A DNA stretch of 64,000 nucleotides, taken from contig OX597824.1 in the NCBI GenBank assembly GCA_951406725.2, positions 21,018,001-21,082,000 on the forward strand, read 5' to 3'. Shown here one piece after another: positions 12,140-24,410 of the stretch (its first letter is position 1; each line of letters opens with the position of its first letter). This DNA is from Octopus vulgaris (taxonomy: Eukaryota). The notes under the pieces were generated by a model. It was not told the origin of the DNA and did not search any database. It saw only the letters and a program-made list of their open reading frames with translations. Position numbers and translations under genes: made by a program.

Positions 12140-12452
12140 ATAATTTAAAATAGGATAAAATCTTTATAAGAATTTATCAAGTAGTCAGCATGAAAACCTC
12201 ACAAGGGAAAAATTTATAATTATTCCCTTTAAATATATTTATTTATATTAAAGGCATTACTACACGTAAAGTCAAAACTACCATAATAAATACACAAGGT
12301 GTTACTGAAGGTGAGGGAATGCAATCTCTTAAAGACAACCACTTAAAAACAGATTCAGCCACATATCATATGATTTCATAGTTAGTGTACATAATCCACA
12401 AAACAGGCTCTACACTGTTCTCACATGTATTGAGCACCCCATATTTTAATAC
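12140..12452. mobile_element. Penelope-like/unknown repeat in TA context; homologous to 43919-44100
   Basis: Both share aatttaaaa(a)taggataaaatctttataagaatttatcaagtag..taaagtcaaaactacca. Confidence 0.55.
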
Positions 12453-12507
12453 TATATATATAGAGAGAGGGAGGAGTAGAGATGTGTATATTTGTATTGT
12501 GTATGTA

Positions 12508-12565
<58 letters not shown>

Positions 12566-13090
12566 CAGAGACAGACAGAGAGAGGGAGGGAGGGAGAGAG
12601 AGAGATAATCATATGGATTATTCAATACAATCTGCAATAGTTAGTCTGTTAATGATTATTGGGTTGTTTTTTCTTAACTCAGGACAATTACTTTAACGTT
12701 TTCATTTTCAAGACACACAAAGTGGCTTATTGAAAATAACTGCATTGCGAGAGGATAATGGCTAGGACAGGATCTAGCAGTATTTGGAAAGCAAAAAAAT
12801 TTAGTGCACTTTCATATTTTCTTCTTGTTTCCATACAGAGTAATCAACAATATTAGAGAGATAGGCTCTTAACACTAGCCAGTCCAGCCAGTTTTGCAAT
12901 CAGTTCTTATAACTAGGTGAGCAACTTCGTTAAGGCTAACACTTCAGCTGGTTATATTGTCATTAAGTTGGGAAATGTGTATCTTTCACATAGTTACTTG
13001 GGCATTTAGTTAAGTTAAAGTATGAAGCAGAGAGTAGTGTACCAATGAAGGGTATTATGGATGGGTTTTGAAAGTGGATTTAGAAGCAAA

Positions 13091-13320
13091 CTAGCAGTAT
13101 CACCCGGCGTTGCTCGGGTTTGTTTTGACCCTTTAGAATTGGAATTTTTGAAAATGTTGCATTATGTAGCTTGTTATTCTCTTTAAGTAAACATTTTTCC
13201 AGTTGAAATACACCAAATAATGGTGACACAGCAGTAAAGAAATCGTAAAAAATAGGGATTTTCATAGAAAAAATGCACCTTTTTGATGTAAATAATTTTT
13301 GGTATTAACAGGGTCCGATT
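13091..13320 (-). mobile_element. Non-autonomous Helitron 3' end, truncated by a SINE B fragment (13319-13452)
   Basis: Minus strand ends acccgagcaacgccgggt (hairpin) gatactgCTAG followed by T. Confidence 0.7.
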
Positions 13321-14256
13321 TGCCTTTCATCCTCTCGGGGTCGATAAATTAAGTACCAGTTACGCACTGAGGTCGATGTAATCGACTTGATCCGTTTGTC
13401 TGTCCTTGTTTGTCCCCTCTGTGTTTAGCCCCTTGTGTGTAGTAAAGAAATAGATATACTCAGGGGGAGTTATATCTATTAGGTGATTTTTATTAACTGA
13501 ACAAAATGACCAACTATATTAAGATGGAAAAAAAAAAAAGTTATAAAAAAATATTGTTACTATTTTATAAAAACAGACAAGGAAATAATGAATACCGATA
13601 ATATTTTAGGGAAAATATCAAACATCAGAAAGAAAGTAAGATATTGAATGAAAAAATATTTTCAGTTCTTTTACCAGCTTCCCCTTCTGTTTAAACTGGT
13701 AGGAACTGTTATAGACCTCATCATAAAATAATTTTTAGAATTCTATAAAAAACTTACTTTGTATACTATTAAATCTATATTGTAATTCCAATAATGTAAC
13801 ATTACCAACTAGTGTTGTTAATAATACAGACAAACATGACTATCTTAAATGTATTGAAAATGATGATAAAATACAGTAAAAATATAGAAAATAAAGTTAA
13901 TTTTTTTTTATATATTTACATATTGTAGTAGACTTTGCATAGTACAATCTTAACATTTTTTTTAAAAAAATGGTTTTTGATTCAATATTTGCATTAACAG
14001 CATACAAAGTGAAAACTGCCAATTCTAGAGAAATGATCACACGGCAATGCTGAGCAGGCAGGAGTTATACAGGTGCTATTTAATTTAATAATAGACTTTT
14101 AGTGAAAATTTTCTTCTCAAACAGATTTCCTTGTTTGCACATATTTTCTGTATGCAGTTCCAAATTATTCTTGCTTCTAGTTATACATACTACCAACCAG
14201 AGTTGTCCTCCAGAAAAGACAGGAAAAATAATTTGTCTTGTCAAAATTACAACATA

Positions 14257-14670
14257 GGCGCAGGAGTGGCCGTGTGGTAAGTAGCTTGCTTACCAACCAC
14301 ATGGTTTCGGGTTCAGTCCCACTGCATGGCACCTTGGGCAAGTGTCTTCTACTATAGCCTCGGGCCGACCAAAGCCTTGTGAGTGGATTTGGTAGACGGA
14401 AACTGAAAGAAGCCCGTCGTATATACATATACACACATATATATGTGTGTGTGTGTGTGTGTGTTTGTTTGTCTGTGTTTGTCCTCCAACATCGCTTGAC
14501 AACCGATGATGGTGTGTTTACATCCCCATAACTTCGCGGTTTGGCAAAAGAGACCAATAGAATAAGTACTAGGCTTCCAAAGAATAAGTCCTGGGGTCGA
14601 TTTGCTCGACTAAAGGCAGTGCTCCAGCATGGCTGCAGTCAAATGACTGAAACAAATAAAAAAAAAATAA
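14257..14670 (+). mobile_element. tRNA-derived SINE family A, full length
   Basis: ggcgcaggagtggc.gtgtggtaag (A box), ggttcagtccc (B box), CORE-like ggcaccttgggcaagtg, internal (TA)/(TG) tract, 3' gactgaaacaa tail. Confidence 0.9.
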
Positions 14671-15155
14671 AAGAAAGAATATACAACACAGACATAGCTG
14701 TGTGCTTAAGAAGTTCACTTCTAAACTTCATGGTTTCCGGTTCAGCCACACTGTGTGGTAACATGGGCAAGTGTTTTCTACTATAGCCCTAGGCCAACCA
14801 AAGCCTTGTAAGTGGAATTGATAGATGGAAACTAAAAGAAGCCCATCATGTGTGTGCATGTGTATGTACATCATTGTCTTGACATTGTGTAATCGTACAA
14901 AAATGGGTGTACCTTCATATAATCAACCATTTTGTTTCCAATCTTCCAATGAAACGTATCAAGTCAAGAGGAAAGTCTCACCTTGCTTGGAAACAAGTGA
15001 GGGCTGGCAACAAGGGATGTAGAAAATGAACCTGAACAAATTCCATCTGATCCATGCAAGCAAGGAAAAGCGATGCCACACACACACACACACACACATT
15101 ATAGTCAGAACATAACGCTTACTCAGAACAGCTAATCAACTAAATCTTCTTGTAT

Positions 15156-15372
15156 ACTCTTTTACTTGTTTCAGTCATTTGACTGCGGCCATGCTGGAGC
15201 ACCGCCTTTTTTTTAGTCGAGCAAATCGACCCCGGGACTTATTCTTTGTAAGCCCAGTACTTATTCTATCGGTCTCTTTTGCCGAACCGCTAAGTGACGG
15301 GGACGTAAACACACCAGCATCGGTTGTCAAGCAATGCTAGGGGGACAAACACAGACACACAAACACACATAC

Positions 15373-15403
<31 letters not shown>

Positions 15404-15576
15404 CATATATACGACAGGCTTCTTTCAGTTTCCGTCTACCAAATCCACTCACAAGGCATTGGTCGGCCCGGGGCTATAGCAGAAGACACTTGCCCAAGAT
15501 GCCACGCAGTAGGACTGAACCCGGAACCATGTGGTTGGTTAGCAAGCTACTTACCACACAGCCACTCCTGCGGCTA
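15156..15576 (-). mobile_element. SINE family A, full length
   Basis: Reverse complement of the 14257 copy over ~420 bp. Confidence 0.9.
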
Positions 15577-15865
15577 TGACAGAAAAATTCAAAAGATCTT
15601 AATTTGGTTATGTGCTGTGTTTATTAAATATTTACATACAAAAAGTTTTGCACAAACATAGACGTTGATGATTACTGAAAACATTATTGATGTTGATTAA
15701 CTAAGTGTTCCAGCAACTCACATTACGTCACCATTGAATTTTCATGCAGAAACTTTTGTGTAAACACAAATGTTTGAAATGACTTGTGACATTATCGATA
15801 CCTGCCCACGAATTCTCTCAGCAACATTAGTTATTTTTCAGAAAAATTCGCAATATTTGTAACTA

Positions 15866-16235
15866 TCATCCGAATGTGGACGATACCAGTGTCTCCTGAC
15901 TAGCTCTCTGTGCCGGTGGCACGTAAAAAGCAACTTCCGAATGTGGTCAATGCCAGGTCTGCCTGACTGGGTCCCATGCCGGTGACATGTAAAAATCACC
16001 ATCCAAATGTGGTCAATGCCAGGTCTGCCTGACTGGGTCCCATGCCGATGGCATGTAAAAAGCGCCCACTACACTCTCGGTGTGGTTGGCGTTAGGAAGG
16101 GCATCCAGATGTAGAAAAACTGCCAGATTAGATTGGAGCCTGGTGCAACCTACTGGCTTGCCAGTCCTCAGTCAAACCCATTCCAGCATGGAAAACGGAC
16201 GTTAAACGATGATGATGATGATGTTGATGATGATG
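15866..16235 (+). mobile_element. Family C retroposon with three ~64-bp 5' tandem units
   Basis: Units ccgaatgtggtcaatgccaggtctgcctgactgggtcccatgcc..gtaaaaa then core and (GAT)n tail. Confidence 0.85.
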
Positions 16236-16852
16236 GTAATACATTATATACAAATTCAAAGTCAGGATGCAATGTCAATTTTATTGGAGTTACCTCTTTG
16301 CAAGACTGTCCGTCAGTCTCTCTCTCTCTCTCTACACATATATATATATATATATATGTAAACACACCCTGACAATTATTATATTATTGTCATGTGGCTG
16401 TTTAGTAAGAAGTTTGCTTCCCAACTATATGGTTTTGGGTTCAATTCCACAGTATGGCCAACTATAGTCTCATGGAAACTGATGGAAGCTCGTTGTGTGT
16501 GATTCACTATCACCTTGCCTTGACATGATATGATAGTGATGGTGATGATGTCAATTACAAATATGAATTTTATTATAATTAGTTTTTAACTAAATGAGTT
16601 TTGGAGTTCTCTCAGTAAATTAACGACTGCATATATCATATTACCAGATACTGACACAGAATTTCGCTTGGGGACTTTGATGCTTTGCCAGATCCTGCTC
16701 TCAACGAAATAGTTTTCAGTCAATAATTGGTAATTTTCCATCATGTCCCAAGATACTCAGAAAATGGAGTTAAATAATAAATTCAATTTAATAGCTTTAC
16801 ATTAGCAAGAGAGAAAATTGCGTAATATATAAACAGAGCAAAGCTGTACCAC

Positions 16853-17195
16853 ATCATCATCATCATTTAACGTCCGTTTTCCATGCTAGCACGGGTTGGA
16901 TGGTTTGACCGGGGTTTGGGAAGCCAGGAGGCTGCACCAGGCTCCAGTCTGATGTGACTGTTTCTATGGCTGGATGCCCTTCCTAACGCCAACCACTCCG
17001 TGAGTATAGTGGGTGCTTTTTACGTGCCACCAGCACAGGGGCCAGAGGAGGATGGCAAATGGCTATGATCAGTTGGTGCTTTTTACGTGTCACCAACATG
17101 GACGCCAGTCAGGTGGCACTGGCATCGGCCACGTTCGGATGGTGGTGCTTTTTATGTGCCACCGGCACGAGTATCATAGTTACAATTTCCATAAA
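16853..17195 (-). mobile_element. Family C retroposon
   Basis: (CAT)n then family C core. Confidence 0.85.
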
Positions 17196-17466
17196 AAAAA
17201 ATATTAGCCAAACTCACAACTTTCAATTTGGTTTTCGTGCCTGTCCTCACCAGTGGTCAAGAATGTTGGGTAATGAATGACCGAAAGAGTACAATCGTGA
17301 ATACATGTGTCTGAAATGGGGGTGGGCCCTCTGGAAGATCTCTAGGGTAACATCACTCAACAGGGTGCATAGCTCAGAGATCAGGGAGTCTGCAGGTTGA
17401 GCCACTACTACTCCACATTGAGAGGTCAAAGCTCCAGTACTAAGGACATGTGATTAGAATGTAGCA

Positions 17467-17740
17467 GGAATCCAACCACAAGACAGATTCTTCAAGCTGA
17501 GCCAACCAGCAGGAGACCTAGGAGTAAAGACCAAGAAAGAGACGGGTGGGTATTATCCATCATCTCAGTTGGTCATGTTTGGGAATTCAACCACAAAGTC
17601 TAATGACAGAATCACAAACCGAGGCAACCAATAGGAGACCTAGGCCTAGGGGTAAAGGCCATGAATGAGATGGTTGGATAATATCCATTATCTCAGTCGG
17701 TCATGCCTGGGAATCCAACCACAAAGTCTAATGATGGTTG
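17467..17740. repeat. Diverged ~120-bp tandem repeat, about 2.5 units
   Basis: ggaat(c/t)caaccacaa at ~17467, 17582, 17710; aggagacctagg..tatccat.atctcagt.ggtcatg twice. Confidence 0.7.
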
Positions 17741-18169
17741 CTTCTGAGAGGATCCCATGGAGGAGGTGCCTGAGCAACCACATAAAACTCCATTTGGCTT
17801 GTATGTTATTACACAGTACTAAGTGGTGATAAATGACTAAAGGGTATACGATGGATGTACCTACCAAATGAAAGTGAATACAAGTGGTTTGAGAATGATG
17901 AAACATCAAAGGCATTGGCAGATGTTCACAGGAAAATCATCTACATCAGAAGAGCAAGCAATTTGACCGAAAGAAGCAAGTTCGTTAAATTTATGGAAGA
18001 AGGTACTGATGAATTACTCAGGATAATACACTTTGATTGAGGTTTCACTGTTCTCTCCTGGTGCTCTGTCAGTCTAATGTAGGTTCACACTGCACATTAC
18101 AAAACAGAATATACTCATTTCAGTACTGAACCCTTGTGTTATAATCTCCACTAAACTTAACTCTAATCT

Positions 18170-18402
18170 TATTTCTTTATTGCCCACAAGGGGCTAAACA
18201 TAGAGGGGACAAACAAGGACAGACAAATGAATCAAGTCGATTATATCGATCCCAGTGTGTAACTAGTACTTATTTAATCGACCCCGAAAGGATGAAAGGC
18301 AAAGTCGACCTCAGCGGAATTTGAACTCAGAACGTAACGGTAGACGAAATACCACTAAGCATTTCGCCCAATGTGCTAACGTTTCTGCCACCTCACTGCC
18401 TT
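18170..18402 (-). mobile_element. SINE family B with 12-bp TSD
   Basis: Full minus copy flanked by actctaatctta on both sides. Confidence 0.9.
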
Positions 18403-18489
18403 GACTCTAATCTTACCAATAGAGTTCTTTTACACAGTTTGCATGGCATCTATACCTAACATTGTTCTTATGAGCTTAAAGACAAAAAG

Positions 18490-18535
18490 GGCTCTGTCAA
18501 AGGCCTTCTCCAGATCAACAAAGGCAAGGTAGTGC
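18490..18535 (-). mobile_element. LINE reverse-transcriptase fragment
   Basis: Minus strand encodes YLAFVDLEKAFDR, the RTE-type RT motif. Confidence 0.7.
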
Positions 18536-19195
18536 TATTTGTTCTTAGCTAGAAACATCTTTAGCAGTTGTATCATTAGAACAATAACAAGCACAGTTAA
18601 TTATTCAATATTCTGTGTTATATCTCAAGTTAATCAGCCTAATTATATAAAGTTCCACTTTGTGAGGGGTTCGTCAGCTTTCATAACGGCATGTAACCTG
18701 AAACACCCTCGGAATAAAAACGGTTTGTATTTGCAGAACTTTCCAACTCTTAACTACTTCGACAAGCAAATATAAAATAAGAAAATACAAAAGAAAAAAA
18801 AAAGAGAAAAAGAAAATGAAATTAAGAAACGATGATGATGGTAATTACCATAATCATCATCATCTCATTCCTACACATATTCTAGTTATGACCTCTCCTA
18901 TTGGAGATGAAGATGAGTACGTTGATCACTCACGTCCAGGGGGGACCTTCGATTGATTGTTGGTGTCTGTGATGCAAATGATGCATGAATGTGTAGCTTG
19001 ACATTTCTCATCTTCCTCTACTGACCTGAGTAGGATGTAAGGAAGAATCAAATGGAGAATTCTGTGAGGCAGAGGAGAAAAAGTCATTGCTTCCAGGTGG
19101 CTTTCAGTTTCTGCATCTTCATCTTACAAACATCACCATAACAATCTGTTTGTGTAGGATGACATGGGTTGGCAAACTAAATGTCTATTCTTTAA

Positions 19196-19767
19196 CCCTT
19201 TCATTACCAACCCGGCTGAAACCGGCTCTGGCTCTTTAGTACAAATGTCTTGTTTTCATAAGTTTGGAATTGAAATCTTCCACCAAACCTTAGTCACAAT
19301 TTATGTTCCTAAAACTAGCTTAATGATAACAATGTTATTTTACTAAATTCTTTGTTATATCTCTCTATATATAAATGGCATGTGTGTGTGTCCTTTATAC
19401 AAATCCACAATTTTTCAGTTAGAGGGCTTGCACTTTCTATGGTCATTCAAAGAGTGGTCGTGCACATCTTTACATTTCCCCAGTCACCCCGCAAAGCCAT
19501 TAAAAAATCAATAGAAGTGACTTTTTCGTGAATTTTCTATCCAAAACCCAATCAAAATGCCTGAAACTTGATACGCCAGTTGAATGCCAGCTAGCCGTAT
19601 GTGATTGGTGTGAGATTTGGACAGTACTCGCGTGTATGTGCGCACGCACGCAGCTGTATATGCATGCACTAGCAGTATGACCCAGCGTTGCCGGGTCATA
19701 GTGCTAATTTAAAATAATTGGAAAAAAAAACACAGAGCACCTGAAAATAAATACAGTAACAAAAGGG
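19196..19767. mobile_element. piggyBac-like MITE family 2, interrupted by a Helitron
   Basis: TTAA-CCCTTTCATTAC .. GTAACAAAAGGG-TTAA; aligns with uninterrupted copies at 41328 and 41699. Confidence 0.85.
19360..19707 (+). mobile_element. Non-autonomous Helitron, 348 bp
   Basis: Starts TC, ends CTAA after a subterminal hairpin, sits between A and T with no TSD; empty site ttctttgttata|tttaaaataa visible in the MITE copy at ~41860. Confidence 0.85.
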
Positions 19768-21673
19768 TTAAAACCCACAAATTCAACGCAATTGCTGGAG
19801 GTGCTTCAGTATGCCAGCTTCAATAATCGTAGACCTATAATACACACTACAGTGTTTAGCTGCTGAACAGTAAACTATGATTAAAGAGGAAAAAGTTTTG
19901 TGTGCCTTATAGCATTTAATCTCTTTCGCTCAATGTTTTTAAATTAAAAAATATGTTTATTTCTACCACAACCAGTTTCATCGTGTATACTTATAACAAC
20001 GATCCAGTTTTCTGCAGAAACAAGATCTCTTTATGTTAAGAAATGAATATAAATTAAAGTGATGTTATCTAGCTGTTTAACTACATACAACTAGCCCACT
20101 TAAACAGATCAAAGACTTCTTTCTGTCATCACATTTCTTTATGAAAACAGTTTCTGAAATTATGAGAAACAAATTTAAATATTTACTGACATGACATAAA
20201 AACAAATGATAGAAACATTCCTGTTTAAGGTTAGTAAGTCAATCATAATTATGATAACTTCAATGAGGTTGGCTCACAATCAGTAAGAAAGAATAATTTT
20301 TGAGAAATAAGGCCTAAGAGCAGTGTTCAAATTAAAAACAAGGAAGTTATATATATGACTGTCATTTTTATGTCCACTTTCCACCTGGCATGGGTTACAT
20401 GGCTGTCAAAGTTCAAATAACATTTTTCTTGGAGAGCTACTGCTTCCATACAAAGACTGGTGCTTCCATGTCCTTTGGCTGTGTTTCTATGGCCGGATAC
20501 CCTTCCTATTGCCAACCACATCAGAGTGTACTAGATGCGTTTTTTTATGGCACCAACACTAAATAGGTTGAATAAAAGGAACCTTGAAACTCCTCATACT
20601 CTCTTCCTTTGCCAGTCACTTTACAGTGTAGACTGGGTGAATTTTATGGTAGCAGCACAAGAAAGTTTGTCTCACTCACCAGTCATCCTATAGATGATTA
20701 ATGAATAAATATGTTAAAAATCAGTTTAACCTACTTATTATGTAGTGGTGTTAAGTCAACCGCCATGTAAGACCACGACAGGATTTCAACTCAGAATGCA
20801 AAGATTGGGAACATAAACTACAAAATATACAGTTCAGTATTCTTACAGTTCTGCCATTCCAGTGCATAAATTTGGAACTTTTATTATTATTTTGTTTTAC
20901 GAACCTCAAAAGGATAAAAGGAAAAGTGGGCCTCGATGGGATTTGAATTCAGAGTGCAGGGAGATGGAGCAAGTACTGCAAGGAATTCTATCCATCAAAA
21001 GCACCTGGCACCAGTATCACATATAAGGTGTCCATGCCATTGCCACGTAAAAGGCACCCAGTATGCTCTGTAAAATGGTCGGTGTTAGGAAGGGCATCCA
21101 ACCAAAGAGGCGAGGCCAGAACAGACAACTGGAGCCTGGCGCAGCTCTACAACTGGTCAGCTCCTGTCAAACTATCCAACCCATGCCAGCATGGAAAATA
21201 TGGAAAACCAATGTATGATGATGATGAAGAATGGAAATGCTCTGTCATGATTGCATTACCATTTAAGTATTTTATCTCCATTTTGGTGCTGTTAATTGAG
21301 ACTAGTTTGTCAAGAGTGTATTGGATATCATTAAGACTCCTGTTCAAATTAGGCCATATTTAGCATAAGTGGATTAATCCTTTTCAAGCCACCAGTTGTC
21401 CAAATTATTAGAACACTAAGAAGAATGCTTTATGATAGTTGTTCCAATACTCTGTACTCTTAGGTCAACTTTGCATTTTTATCTTCCCTGGGGTCAATAA
21501 AGAAAGTAGCAGTTCAGTGCTAGGATCATTTCTTCTTCCAACTCATTCTCCGGAAGATATCAAATGCGTTCAGAACTGGAGAAAGATGGACTGTGCCGGG
21601 TTTGAAATACACGAGACCTGCTGTATGTGCTGCGAAGGACTTATGAAGGAAGGAAAGGAAGGAACAGATACAA

Positions 21674-22074
21674 GGATCTTTTCGGCTTGAACGGCAGTTT
21701 TTAACATAATTTCTAAGTAACTAAAAAATTTTAAACTTCGTATACTGGTACAATGTGTTTATAAAACACCTTTTTCTCTTGGCTTTATTGAGAAAATTCT
21801 ATGGTTTGTAAGATATTTGTTGTTCTTTTTCTGCAATTTCAACCAATCACTGACGTCCATTGAGGTAAAAAAACATTCTGTGCCGTATGAATATGTCCCT
21901 CGTTTAAGAAACAGATTGGGTTTATTTACATTTCTGAAGAAAAAAGATACCCTTCCCCCACCCCTAACCCTAAAACAGATTGAAATGCAATAGATCGATA
22001 CTAGGGTCATAATTATGGGTGACAATTTCACATGACACCGCTAGAAAAAACTGCCGGTCAAACCGAAAAGATCC
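21674..22074. mobile_element. ~400-bp TIR element (MITE), superfamily uncertain (Merlin- or Mutator-like GG ends)
   Basis: 29-bp TIRs GGATCTTTTCGG.TTGA.CGGCAGTTTTT; flanks agatacaa / agatagga (6/8); second copy at 63335. Confidence 0.85.
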
Positions 22075-22679
22075 AGATAGGACTCCATTAAAAAGCGGCA
22101 TGGAGGGAGTGTAACACAGTATCATCTGAATGAGATCAGTGGTAGATGATGACAGTAGGTAGTCCATTAATGAACATCAGGTTGAATACAATAAATATCA
22201 AAAAAAAAAATGTAACAAAGTTCTAAGGTGAAAAGTGACCATACCCTGTCAAAACATACTACAATACTGAAAGGAATTGTGAATTCAGGTTATTTGAGAT
22301 GTTGGAAGATGAAATGTGGGAAACTTTGTCAGAAGATTCTCTTGACAGACATCCACATATTTTGCTGATGTGAACTGGGCCAAGTTCTCAAGGCCAAGAG
22401 GCCATTAATGTGTGAAATAAACAAAAGGACCAATATCCTGTGGCTATGGCTCAGAAGAAACTGGTACTAAGGATCATAAAGAAGCCAAAGAAATCGGAGA
22501 TCATAGAAGAAATTATTTGTGATTATAGATGAAGGCATAACTATGTGAATAAGATGTTTGATTGACAGTCATGTGGTTTTAGGTTCAGTCCCACTGTGCT
22601 AATAAGGACAGTAACGACATGTTTGTGGCAAAGCCTAATTACTTGTTATTAACCGAGCAGTTAGGAATGAAATAAACTG

Positions 22680-22893
22680 GTTTCAAACTTTAACACAAGG
22701 CCTTCAACTTTGGAGATAGGGATTAAACCATTTACATCAACCCCAGTACTCAACTGGTACTTGTTTTATCAGCACCAACAGGATAGAAGGCAAAGTCAAA
22801 CTTGGCAGAATTTGAACTCAGAACCCAAAGATGGATGAAATGCTGTCAAGCATTTTGCTCCGTGTGCTAATGATTCTGCCAGCTTGCCGTCTT
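22680..22893 (-). mobile_element. SINE family B, older tail variant
   Basis: aaggcaaagtc..gaatttgaactcagaa..gccagcttgcc. Confidence 0.75.
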
Positions 22894-23654
22894 AAGAATG
22901 AAATAGATTAAGATGTTTTATAGTTTCTATTAATTATATTCAGTTTTTGCAAAGACATTATTCAATATCAGAAATGAAGACTGATTAAAATAACGGACTT
23001 ATACATCTCTATGAAGTATTAACAAAAAAAGAAGAAAAGGAAGAAAGAAAGGGGAAAGTCTTAAAAATAATTTTTTTTTGCAATTAGAATAATTATAACT
23101 ACCATAATGAAAACTAATTTATCCTACTTTATATGATGCCTAACTACAAAATGCTCTTCTGTATTTAGCAATACAATTATGAAACTATTTAGAGAAACAA
23201 AATTTACATGGAAGAGAAAAAAAATATTCAAGACAAATGGAAAAGCTTTTAGACGAAGGGAAAAGGATAAATTGACAATCAATTACTACAAGAGTAGAGT
23301 CTACTTTTGGCAGTGATTGGAAAACAAAATAAATATACAATGTTTCTCCATAATTTGTTGTAAATCAACCAAGAAGGTAGACTGTTATATTGTTCATGTA
23401 CTAAACCATATTTAAAAAAAATATTTTCAAGCATAAATTATTCTTTTTACACATGGGAGTCATATTAGGAATGAAAGATTGCTGCAATCAATTCTATTCT
23501 GTATTGCACTGTGTAAGAGGTAGATAGACAAAATGGTATCGCTTTAACATGCTGTTTACCTAGCCATTTACACTTTTGTGTGCTACCTAGCTCTAACCCA
23601 GGTCAGGTCATTTCACAGAGCAGGCTCCAGGTACTGCAGTAAACTGTATGTTAA

Positions 23655-23942
23655 AGTCATCGTCACTATGACCGACCAGGCTATCAGATGTTGCTACACA
23701 TTGCTGGTCAAAATGCGCTTCGCATTGTTTTAGCCTTCAAATGACACCACCCCGCTGGCTAAGCGAGCAGGCCAACAGAAGAAAGAGTGGGAAAAAGTTG
23801 TGGCGAAAGAGTACTGCCAGAGCCTCGTGGAGCTCTAGGTGTTTCCATTCAATAAACACTCACGACGTCTGGTCTGGGAATCGAAACCGGGATCCTACAA
23901 CCGCGAGTCCGCTGCCCTAACCACTGGGCCATTGCACCTCCA
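23655..23942 (-). mobile_element. tRNA-derived SINE family D
   Basis: Minus strand tggcccagtggttagggcagcggactcgcgg..gtttcgattccc; head related to the 62627 copy. Confidence 0.8.
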
Positions 23943-24059
23943 CATGTTAAAGTAGCACCAACAAAATAACTTTGAACGGCTTTAAAACATACAATTGATA
24001 TTTTCTCAAGTCAGTGGAGGAGAGTTTACAGCTGTAACCATTTGTAGTTCCGACGACTC

Positions 24060-24410
24060 CCTAACTGTGGCAGCCAATGTCAGATTGGAGATCTAGATAT
24101 GTACAATTAGGCAAACAAAGTGTTTAATGTGAGGCACAGTAAAAGATGACGAGAGGAGCAGATGAATACAAGTGTATTCATAGGAGGGCAGAAGTGGTAC
24201 TGAGAAAGGGGTGTTATGCAGTTTGCAAGTTCAAAGCAGTAGAGGCCTTGTTTAGGTGTAGTAAAAGAGAAAGGGAGAGACATTATGAACTAGTTTTTAC
24301 CAATCAGCTGAACGGTTATTTCTTGGATACCGTCAAGGATATTAATAACTTTGGAGGGGGAATTGGTATTTCGTTATCTGTCGAGATAACCTTAGCAATG
24401 GTCTAGGATG
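24060..24410 (-). mobile_element. Degenerate LINE ORF2 C-terminal remnant
   Basis: Minus strand reads YCFELANCITP, resembling the C.ELA..P motif near the end of Jockey/CR1-group ORF2; heavily decayed. Confidence 0.4.

Noticed and set aside
15866-16070. Regularly spaced ~64-bp repeats superficially like a CRISPR array
   Set aside because: Units are wholly similar with no unique spacers; they are the 5' tandem part of family C in a eukaryotic genome.
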